Positions 49,027 through 56,813 of a stretch of DNA of 64,000 nucleotides are shown here, in pieces. The notes below the pieces were generated by a model. That model ran no database searches, was not told where the DNA came from, and saw nothing but the letters and a program-made list of their open reading frames with translations. Origin of the DNA: an uncultured bacterium (GTDB taxonomy: Bacteria; Patescibacteriota; Minisyncoccia; Phycocordibacterales; CAIZLB01); assembly GCA_903821355.1 (NCBI GenBank), contig CAIJKW010000006.1:23898-87897 (forward strand), read 5' to 3'. Numbering within the stretch: the first letter of the stretch is position 1; the number at the start of each line of letters is the position of its first letter. Made by a program: the position numbers and the translations under genes.

Positions 49027-49086
49027 GATTCGAACCTACGACCAATTCGTTAACAGCGAACTGCTCTACCACTGAGCTACCGCGGA
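49012..49086 (-). tRNA. tRNA-Asn (anticodon GUU), CCA encoded
   Basis: Manual fold: acceptor UCCGCGG/CCGCGGA; D-arm GCUC-AGUGGU-AGAGC; anticodon stem GUUCG/CGAAU with loop CUGUUAA; T-arm GGUUCGAAUCC; discriminator G + CCA. Confidence 0.85.
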
Positions 49087-49227
49087 ATGTTTATTATCAA
49101 GTTATAGCTCATATGACTTGATGTAAGGAATAATAGCAAACGGTTTGTGTTTTGTAAACTGTATAATTATCTAAATACAAGGCTTGAAATATGGTTAGTA
49201 TTAGAGAGATCTATGATAAATATATAA

Positions 49228-49266
49228 AAAAACCGCAAGCTGACAAAAGACTCGCGGTTTTTATAT
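49228..49266. terminator. bidirectional rho-independent terminator
   Basis: AAAAAAACCGCAAG…CTCGCGGTTTTTAT. Confidence 0.5.
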
Positions 49267-49350
49267 AGCCATATTATTAGTTATTACAATCCACCATGAC
49301 ACCCCTCCCTTTGGGCACTCAGCGCTCACACTAGGCCCTGTGGCGCAGGA

Positions 49351-49914
49351 CTACCTTGTCACTGATATTTCCCCTGTTGGAGTTGTCTCTGCAATGTCTG
49401 ACTTAACAGTGACCCTACCCGATGCATCCTGAGAGATTAGATAACCAGTATCATAATGATCTGATGTCTCCCAACTTGCTCCATCCTTCTTTGGATCAAA
49501 TGGCAATGATGAAATATAAGTTGGTGTAATACAATCTGCTATATCATAGCCATCTACCCCACTCTTCATTTCAGTTGAAGTACCTGGCAACAATTTTGCT
49601 TCTCCGTTACAGCTAAATACCCCACCGTTGTCTGCTACGTTCTGGCTAACAGCGTTCAATATTGAAGCGACGTTTGCAGTACGTTGTGAATCTCTTGCTG
49701 TTTTGAATTGTTTTGCAGGATTTACTGCGACCAACACAACAGTTGCAAGAATTGCCAAAATACCAATGACAACCAAAACTTCAATAAGGGTAAAACCGTT
49801 AGCCTTTTTTAATAATCTATATCTTTCTAAAAAATTTGAAATAGCGGTCTTTTGTGCCACAGTTTGTGAATATGTCACAGGAACGGCTCTTTCAATTACA
49901 TTATTTTTGTTCAT
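49351..49914 (-). CDS. type IV pilin / pseudopilin-like protein with N-terminal methylation motif
   Basis: GFTLIEVLVVIGILAILATVVLVAV is the canonical prepilin cleavage/methylation site. It is preceded by an unusually long 44-aa leader. Confidence 0.75.
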   Translation of the reverse strand: MNKNNVIERAVPVTYSQTVAQKTAISNFLERYRLLKKANGFTLIEVLVVIGILAILATVVLVAVNPAKQFKTARDSQRTANVASILNAVSQNVADNGGVFSCNGEAKLLPGTSTEMKSGVDGYDIADCITPTYISSLPFDPKKDGASWETSDHYDTGYLISQDASGRVTVKSDIAETTPTGEISVTR

Positions 49915-49992
49915 GCAAGAACTCTATCAAAGCGACATGAAGTTTCTATAAAAAAATTCTAAAGAATTGCCAAAGTTTTCTTAAAGAATTAA

Positions 49993-50547
49993 TTAAAGAA
50001 TTAATTTCAGTTTACTTATATAAAATCTATAATCATCTATCTTCCATTCCATATATACCTTGGAATGATTGTTTTCATCTTCACCATTAAAAGTATTAAA
50101 TCCCTCTATTTTAGCGTTGTAAGTACACGCGCTAGTGTCACATTTATTGAAATCAACCACCTTGCATTCAAAAGACTCAATCCCCTTCTGATTATAATTT
50201 GAGTACGAGGACTTAGTTGTCCAATAATTTTTATCGATTAAATCCCTCTCGGAAAAGTTTTTAATATTGGAAATTAAATCATCGTTCAATAAAGGGTATC
50301 TTGCCAGAGTACTTGAGATGTAATCAACACAAATTAAGGCGCTTTGTAAGCTCCTTTCCAATTTTATTATTTCCCGAACATTGTCCGCAATCTGTTTTTG
50401 ATTTTCTGCATATCTAATCATCATAAAAAGTAAAGACATTGCTATAATTACGACAAAAACAAGCACAGCAAAACCACCCGAGCTACTATGGTTACTTGGT
50501 CTGACAAAGTTTTTACACCGTACATCTCCACCATTAAATAAATTCAC
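49993..50547 (-). CDS. hypothetical membrane protein, possibly a degenerate pilin-like protein
   Basis: SSGGFAVLVFVVIIAMSLLF resembles a prepilin N-terminal segment but lacks Glu+5. Confidence 0.35.
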   Translation of the reverse strand: MNLFNGGDVRCKNFVRPSNHSSSGGFAVLVFVVIIAMSLLFMMIRYAENQKQIADNVREIIKLERSLQSALICVDYISSTLARYPLLNDDLISNIKNFSERDLIDKNYWTTKSSYSNYNQKGIESFECKVVDFNKCDTSACTYNAKIEGFNTFNGEDENNHSKVYMEWKIDDYRFYISKLKLIL

Positions 50548-50610
50548 AAAATCATCCTAGCAGAACAAACCTACAATTTATATAAAAAAAATCTAAAGAA
50601 AAACCAAAGA

Positions 50611-51234
50611 TTATATTCCAACAATCTTCTTCCTTTCTGTCTTTAACCAAACCAAGAATATTACTATTCCCAAAACGGATAGTATTATGCCGATTTCTGA
50701 AAAATATCTTCCAAAAATATGCCACTTTTTACCCACCAGAACTCCAAGCATTAAATATGCAACTGACCAGGCTGTTGCTCCGACTACATTCCACAAAGTA
50801 AATGCCGTAAAATCCATATGAGTTGTCCCTGCAACTATTGGGACAACAGGTCTAATTGGACCTATAAATCTGGCGATGACAATACTTTTGGCACCATATT
50901 TATCAAAAAAAGAATGTCCAACCTCCAAATTTTTTGTACTTAAATATCTATGATGCTCTTTAAAAAATCTTCTGCCATATCTGCCTAAATAGTAACTAAC
51001 AGTATCCCCTATCACGGCTCCTAATATAGATGCGATGACACATGGAAAAAAGTGCATATAGCCTTGTGAAATTACAGAACCAAAATAAAGCATTACAATC
51101 ACCCCTGGAAAGACAGCTCCGACAGGGCTTGACTCTAGACCAGAAATTATAAAAACCACAAAATAAATAAGAATGCCTATTGAGGCAAAATACGGCATAG
51201 AATCTATTATTGGCTGTACTACAAATTCAAACAC
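50611..51234 (-). CDS. DedA/VTT-domain family membrane protein
   Basis: …GDTVSYYLGRYGRRFF…GAKSIVIARFIGPIRPVVPIVAG… matches the DedA signature. Confidence 0.75.
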   Translation of the reverse strand: MFEFVVQPIIDSMPYFASIGILIYFVVFIISGLESSPVGAVFPGVIVMLYFGSVISQGYMHFFPCVIASILGAVIGDTVSYYLGRYGRRFFKEHHRYLSTKNLEVGHSFFDKYGAKSIVIARFIGPIRPVVPIVAGTTHMDFTAFTLWNVVGATAWSVAYLMLGVLVGKKWHIFGRYFSEIGIILSVLGIVIFLVWLKTERKKIVGI

Positions 51235-51267
51235 AAGGTGATTATATCAGATAAAAGCGATTTGCGC

Positions 51268-52092
51268 CTAGTTCGTCCTTACAAATTGTCCGCTACCATA
51301 TTGTCCAACGTTATATTGCGACTGTGCATCATAATACTGGCCGTTATACTGTCCATAGTTTTGATAATTTTGCTGATATGGATAAGACGGATTCATATTT
51401 ACGTTCATGTTCACATTAGTATTTTGACCCTGATATGGATAAGTAGTTCCATAATTTGTTTGGCCACTTCCAGCTTGATAGTACAAAGAGGCAGGAGTTG
51501 CTGTAGTGTAGCCCGTATTTACTCCATTAACCAAACCATTCATTGATCCATTTTGGTTATAACTTATTGTCTGTTGATTTGGAACGTAGACAATTTGTGG
51601 ATAATTAACGTATTGATATGGTTGAGTAAGAGAGGAATTATAAGACGAGGAGTAGTTATTGTTTTGATTTGGTACGTAAGTTATTTGAGGGTAATTAACA
51701 TATTGATATGGTTGAGTATATGAGGAACCATATGATGAATAACTGTTACCACAACCGTAACTACAACCAGAATATGAAGATCCGTAAGAATATGGATCAT
51801 AATAAGAGTTCCCTCCATAACTATTATAACCGTAGTTGTTATAGCCAGAATTATTATAACCATTGTAGTTTCCATACTGATCGTATGCCCCAGTTCCGTA
51901 AGGGTCATATGAGTTATATCCGTAAGGATCATATGAGTTATATGAGTTATATGAGCCGTAACCGCCGTATGAAGAACTGTCGCAACCATAATAATCACAA
52001 GCTTGCGCCTTATTATTAGGCATTAGAACGAATATAGCGACAAGGACAGCAGATACGATTAAAGAATATGTTAAAGCTTTTTTCATGTCCAA
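51268..52092 (-). CDS. secreted low-complexity Tyr/Gly/Asn/Ser-rich repeat protein
   Basis: Signal peptide MDMKKALTYSLIVSAVLVAIFVLMPNNKAQA. The motif TQPYQYVNYPQI(T/V)YVPNQ occurs twice; the corresponding ~75-bp DNA direct repeat is at 51560-51720. Confidence 0.6.
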   Translation of the reverse strand: MDMKKALTYSLIVSAVLVAIFVLMPNNKAQACDYYGCDSSSYGGYGSYNSYNSYDPYGYNSYDPYGTGAYDQYGNYNGYNNSGYNNYGYNSYGGNSYYDPYSYGSSYSGCSYGCGNSYSSYGSSYTQPYQYVNYPQITYVPNQNNNYSSSYNSSLTQPYQYVNYPQIVYVPNQQTISYNQNGSMNGLVNGVNTGYTTATPASLYYQAGSGQTNYGTTYPYQGQNTNVNMNVNMNPSYPYQQNYQNYGQYNGQYYDAQSQYNVGQYGSGQFVRTN

Positions 52093-52168
52093 ATACTACC
52101 ACAGATTATCGAAATATGCAATATAGCGCAGTATTTTAGTTTCAATACAGTTGTGTTATAGTATCTCC

Positions 52169-52489
52169 ATGAATACTCTAACAAAAGGTACATTTAGACA
52201 TATTGTCTTCAAAGATGGCGACACTTGGTATGCAGTTGCTCTTGAATTTAATATTGTTGAATCAAGTGATGATCCAAAACTCGCTTTCTTTAATCTGCTT
52301 CAAGCTGTAAGTGGATATATTGAGTCTGCAAAAAAAATAAAAGGAACGCGTTTTCAGTCCTTAAATCAAGAAGCCGATCAAGAGTATGAAAAACTTTGGT
52401 CAATACTTACTGCCCCGAAGAAAGTTAGCTCTTTGAAACCTATTAAATCTCCTTACTTAGTAAATATGTACGGGGTCTCAACAATATAA
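52169..52489 (+). CDS. putative HicB-family antitoxin
   Basis: Small protein immediately upstream of hicA; the stop abuts the start. …DGDTWYAVALEFN… is compatible with the HicB N-domain. The assignment is moderate. Confidence 0.45.
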   Translation: MNTLTKGTFRHIVFKDGDTWYAVALEFNIVESSDDPKLAFFNLLQAVSGYIESAKKIKGTRFQSLNQEADQEYEKLWSILTAPKKVSSLKPIKSPYLVNMYGVSTI

Positions 52490-52723
52490 ATGTCAAAAAG
52501 ATTTTTCAACTGGACATTCAAAGACGTCGAGTCTTTTCTGAAGGAAAAGGGTTTTAAACTTAATTATACAAATGCAAGTCATTTTTACTATACAGGTAGT
52601 CATGATGGTATTTTAAGAAATGTATGTGTCCCTTTTCATGGAAGTAAAGTTATAAAACCACGGACATTAAAGGGTATTATTCTACAATCAGGGATAGACA
52701 AAGAAGAATGGTTCAAGTTTTAA
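52490..52723 (+). CDS. HicA-family toxin (YcfA-like mRNA interferase)
   Basis: 77 aa. …KDVESFLKEKGFKL…GSHDG…H…K…TLKGIL… is the HicA fold signature. Confidence 0.65.
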   Translation: MSKRFFNWTFKDVESFLKEKGFKLNYTNASHFYYTGSHDGILRNVCVPFHGSKVIKPRTLKGIILQSGIDKEEWFKF

Positions 52724-54286
52724 TTAGTAACTAGAGCTATTTTGCTTAACCTTGAAGGTACTCCAGATTTTATCGAAAATTGAAAAATAAGGGTCTCCGT
52801 CTTCTTTTGCATTTGAATACAAGCTGAATATTTCTTTATCGTTATTTTTATCAGTCACGCATATGTCTGCATGATATTGATTTGTATCAGCGCCCATTAT
52901 TCCATATTTAATATAAGACCCTACTCCAAACAAACCTAGATCAATAAATTCTGAATCTTTGACTTTAACATTTGTTGAATCATTTAAATTAAAATTATAT
53001 TCTGAGCAAGTCTCAACTATCGATTTTGTCTGCAAAACCAAACTTCTATTGTCAGAGGTTTTAAATGTTATATTCACTGTACCGTTTTCAAAAAGCTCCT
53101 CTTTCTGCCATGTCTCAGGAACTCTAAAAGAAAAATCTAGACTAGAAAAAGTATAATTATAAGGGTACCAGGTTGATGTCTTCTCCCCTTGCTCCTTAAA
53201 CAATTTTGCCTCACTAACTTTTTGCATCAAGTTATTAGCAAGTTTGTATTTGATAACCTTATTTGCCGATGGTTTTCCTAGAAAATCTCCATTTGCATAG
53301 AAGTTACCTATTAAAACCGCTGACCTATCGGAAATTTCTGCAGATAAGATTGTCGGTGAATATAATCCAAAATTGAACGGAACAATATTATAAGATTTAT
53401 CTTCCAATACTGATGTGGTGGTAGTAGCTACGGTGGTGGTGGCTGCAGTGGTGGTAGCTTTTATGACAGATTTGTCGGTGCTGGATTTGGACTTAACCGC
53501 GCTAGATGTAGCAGACTTAACAACACCTGAAGTGGCTTTGACGGCGCTCGTTGTGGCTTTGACGGCGCTCGTTGCGGATTTAGCAACACTTGTCGTAGCA
53601 GTAATAAGTGCATAAAAATTGTCAGTCTTAAGCTTGTCTGTCGCCAAGTTTTCTATCGCAGAAACTGAAATTATGGAATCGTTGACCTTATCGCCATTTA
53701 AATCTCCAATAGACCATATCTTATCTAAACTATATTGGGGAAAACAAACCCTACCGGTCTGATCGTTATAACAACTATCGCCAACAGCTTTTCCATTAAG
53801 CAATTTAATATCTACGCCATCGGTATTTTCCTTTGTCTTTATGAGATAATTTGACAGCTTAGCAAAGTTGACCATTTTGTTAGCCTCATCTGAATTTGGA
53901 TCAACATTAGGACCAAAAGCAATTTTAACGATAGATCCACCGCTCTCGCCATCTGAATTATTTACCCCACTGTCTGAACCTTGATTTGCGATATTAGCAT
54001 TTCTAATATTTCTAAGAACAATGGCAGGTGAATCTATCAAGCTTTTCATCGGCACATCCTGCTTCCCTGCTAAATTTGAATTGTTATTCAAATCAACAAA
54101 TTCCGCTGTTGAGGTGCCGTCCAATTGTTGTTGCTTTTGTTTAGCTATACTATTGAAAAGATTTTTTTGCTCATTAATTCCAATATAATAACCGGCAACA
54201 GTAAGAAGGGCTACGCCTAAAATAAAATAGAATACAAATAAAACAGAGCCTTTATTTTTATTATTCTTTTTATTATTAAGAGACAT
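52724..54286 (-). CDS. membrane-anchored protein with Ser/Thr/Ala/Lys-rich tandem repeats
   Basis: N-terminal TM helix. Central …ATSAVKATTSAVKATSGVVKSATSSAVKSKSS…ATTTAATTTVATTTTSV…; tandem DNA repeats at about 53400-53620. Confidence 0.5.
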   Translation of the reverse strand: MSLNNKKNNKNKGSVLFVFYFILGVALLTVAGYYIGINEQKNLFNSIAKQKQQQLDGTSTAEFVDLNNNSNLAGKQDVPMKSLIDSPAIVLRNIRNANIANQGSDSGVNNSDGESGGSIVKIAFGPNVDPNSDEANKMVNFAKLSNYLIKTKENTDGVDIKLLNGKAVGDSCYNDQTGRVCFPQYSLDKIWSIGDLNGDKVNDSIISVSAIENLATDKLKTDNFYALITATTSVAKSATSAVKATTSAVKATSGVVKSATSSAVKSKSSTDKSVIKATTTAATTTVATTTTSVLEDKSYNIVPFNFGLYSPTILSAEISDRSAVLIGNFYANGDFLGKPSANKVIKYKLANNLMQKVSEAKLFKEQGEKTSTWYPYNYTFSSLDFSFRVPETWQKEELFENGTVNITFKTSDNRSLVLQTKSIVETCSEYNFNLNDSTNVKVKDSEFIDLGLFGVGSYIKYGIMGADTNQYHADICVTDKNNDKEIFSLYSNAKEDGDPYFSIFDKIWSTFKVKQNSSSY

Positions 54287-54301
54287 AACAATATTATATC
54301 A

Positions 54302-54766
54302 CTATGTAAGCAAAACTTCTTTGACCTTTTCAACAATTTGATCCAATGTGTAATTTGTTTTTACGATAAAGACTGTGCTACCCTGCTCCATTGCATGCGC
54401 AACACTTTCTGGCTTATCCAGTGCTGTTAGCATTATAACTTTTGCATTTTCTCCCCAAGCGTCAATTCTAAGTTTTTCCAAAGTCTCCCAACCACTCATG
54501 TTTGGCATGATAACATCTAGCAATATTAAATCTGGTTTAGTCTCCAGCGCTTTCTTCAAACCCACAACTCCATCATTTGCAGATTCAGCAATAAAACCTG
54601 AAAAATTTAACTTATCAACTAGGACCGTTGTGAGATTTTCATCGTCATCAATTATTAAAATCTTTTTCTTTGCGATGTCGCCTTGTGCGATATCCTGTGC
54701 GGTACTTTGCACTACGTCTTTGCCGTCCGCGTTTTGTGTATCTTGTGTTGTTGTTTGTGGTTCCAT
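54302..54766 (-). CDS. single-domain response regulator (CheY-like receiver)
   Basis: ILIIDDDE…DLILLDVIMPNMSGWE…IMLTA: phospho-acceptor Asp and receiver fold. Confidence 0.8.
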   Translation of the reverse strand: MEPQTTTQDTQNADGKDVVQSTAQDIAQGDIAKKKILIIDDDENLTTVLVDKLNFSGFIAESANDGVVGLKKALETKPDLILLDVIMPNMSGWETLEKLRIDAWGENAKVIMLTALDKPESVAHAMEQGSTVFIVKTNYTLDQIVEKVKEVLLT

Positions 54767-54776
54767 ATAGTATAGA

Positions 54777-56141
54777 TTATAACCTTAATGTGAAAGTTGA
54801 GCCAGCGTTTTCTTCTGAGACAAAACTTATACTGCCGCCCATTGCTTCTGCAACAGATTTCACCAGATACAGTCCAAGCCCCGTACTTTGAGCATTGCTT
54901 ACATCCTTCACGTTTGCGGCTCTAAATAGCTTTGAAAAAATCCTGTTTTGGTCATCTTTTGGAATACCAAGCCCCGTATCAGACACGCTTATAGAACTCT
55001 GTCCAATACCAGATTTTTCATCCAAGCTAATCGTTACGCTACCTCCATCTTTATTATATTTAATGGCGTTTGTAATTAAGTTTTGTATAATAATTCTAAG
55101 TAATTTTGGATCACTGTTTACATTTGTCAAAACATCGTTATATCTTTTCTGAAATACGATTTTCTTTTTGTCGATCTGTGATGCTAACTCAACCAATATT
55201 CCATCTATCATTTCCGGAACATTTGTTTTCTGCTTAGTGATTGCCAAAGTACCAATTTCTATTCTTGAGACATTAAGCAAAACCTCCACTAAATCAATCA
55301 TCTCTGTATTTACCAAATACATTTTGTTTAAATAATCTTTTTGCTTTTCATTCAACGCGCCGAGCTGATCTGAATTAAGCATTTCTGTATACCATTTTAT
55401 AGTTACCAAAGGTGTCCTTAGCTGATGAGAAGCCAAAGAAACGAATTCTGTTTTTGCCTGATCCAAATGTTTTTGTTCTGTAATATCAAAGACGGTCACT
55501 AACCCATTTTTTTCTCTAGTTACAGAATCTTTCGTCAAGAAAATTGAAATGGAAGCCCATTTTACGCCGTTTTCTTTTGTTATTAATCTTATTTCCTGCT
55601 TGTCGATTGGCGAATCGGCTTTGAAAAAGTTTAAGAGTCTGTCGCCGAGTTCCTTGTCTTCCTCTGCTGTAAAAGCAAAGAAATTTTTTTTAGATATCTC
55701 TTCTGGAACTACACCAAAGAATCTAAGGGCAGATTTGTTACCTCCTTTTATTTCTCCATTTTTATTAATCGTCAAATATGGTACTGGAGAATTTTCATAA
55801 AGTTCTTCTAGTTGAAATTTGGCGATCGATAAGTCCTTCGTTCTATATTCTGATATCAAACCGGCTCTAGTTGATGATGTTAATAGTAGATAGATGATAT
55901 ATCCAATTAAGACGATCGCGGTGTATAGCAAGATACTAAGTAACATAACCTGAATATCTAAAATGGAATATCCCTCAAATGAATAACCTTGTCCTAAATC
56001 AATCTGAGGATTTCTAAAAAAATCTATTACGTATGGGACGGACAAATAAAGACCTGCTGTAAAAATAATTATAATTGTAAGGCTAATGATAGCGTGTTTG
56101 GTTTTTAGTCCTTTTTTTGTTTCTTGTCCTTGAGGTTGCAT
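54777..56141 (-). CDS. sensor histidine kinase (2 TM, PAS-like region, HisKA + HATPase_c)
   Basis: H-box SHQLRTPL. G-boxes …DTGLGIP… and GLGLYLV. Confidence 0.85.
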   Translation of the reverse strand: MQPQGQETKKGLKTKHAIISLTIIIIFTAGLYLSVPYVIDFFRNPQIDLGQGYSFEGYSILDIQVMLLSILLYTAIVLIGYIIYLLLTSSTRAGLISEYRTKDLSIAKFQLEELYENSPVPYLTINKNGEIKGGNKSALRFFGVVPEEISKKNFFAFTAEEDKELGDRLLNFFKADSPIDKQEIRLITKENGVKWASISIFLTKDSVTREKNGLVTVFDITEQKHLDQAKTEFVSLASHQLRTPLVTIKWYTEMLNSDQLGALNEKQKDYLNKMYLVNTEMIDLVEVLLNVSRIEIGTLAITKQKTNVPEMIDGILVELASQIDKKKIVFQKRYNDVLTNVNSDPKLLRIIIQNLITNAIKYNKDGGSVTISLDEKSGIGQSSISVSDTGLGIPKDDQNRIFSKLFRAANVKDVSNAQSTGLGLYLVKSVAEAMGGSISFVSEENAGSTFTLRL

Positions 56142-56274
56142 GAAATTATTATAGCATTTAAGACAATTCTAGGACAACAAAAGGTTGATAATATAGGGTT
56201 TGGCTCTAATGGTATTGCAAAATTTAAAATGGTATAATTTAATTGTCGCCAATCAAAAACTAAACAACACAAAC

Positions 56275-56760
56275 ATGACAAACATAGACCCAGTTAATGA
56301 AGATCTTCGCTTGAAAAGAGTCCAAGAAATGGGACTTTTGGATAATTTGGCCCCAGAAGAAAGATTTGATCGTTTTACAAAACGAGCCATCGATGAATTA
56401 CATGTCCCAATTTCTACTCTAACAATTTTAGACGAGTCAAAAGAATATTATAAATCCTGCCAAGGGTTAACGGAGACAGAAGGACCTAGAGCAATTTCTT
56501 TTTGTAGCCACGCTCTTCTCTCAAAAGATTTGTTTGTGATTTCAGACTGTCTAAAAGATCCTCGTTTTGCTACAAACCCAATGGTTGTTGGAAGTCCTTT
56601 TATTCGTTTCTATGCTGGAATGGCAATTTATGATCACAAGACAAGTCAGCCTATTGCTGTTTTTTGTATAAAAGACAGAGAGCCTAGAGAATTTAACATT
56701 TCTGAAATAGCCTCTTTTTTGAATATTGCTAGCGAGGTTGAGAAGGAGATGAACAAATAA
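56275..56760 (+). CDS. GAF-domain protein
   Basis: …RFDRFTKRAIDELHVPISTLTILDESKEYYKS…FCSHALL…FYAGMAI… is a GAF fold pattern. Start taken at MTNIDP. Confidence 0.55.
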   Translation: MTNIDPVNEDLRLKRVQEMGLLDNLAPEERFDRFTKRAIDELHVPISTLTILDESKEYYKSCQGLTETEGPRAISFCSHALLSKDLFVISDCLKDPRFATNPMVVGSPFIRFYAGMAIYDHKTSQPIAVFCIKDREPREFNISEIASFLNIASEVEKEMNK

Positions 56761-56813
56761 TCTACGTCCAACCAAAATAACGCCCTCAGAACCCACAGCG
56801 AAGATGCTAAACT

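Noticed and set aside
51681-52019. ORFs 51681-51998 (-) and 51708-52019 (+), rich in His/Met/Thr/Ile or Asn/Tyr/His.
   Set aside because: These are frame artefacts of the low-complexity Tyr/Asn-rich gene 51268-52092.
53415-53615. Plus-strand ORF MVVVATVVVAAVVVAF….
   Set aside because: It lies antisense within the tandem-repeat region of gene 52724-54286 and is a low-complexity artefact.
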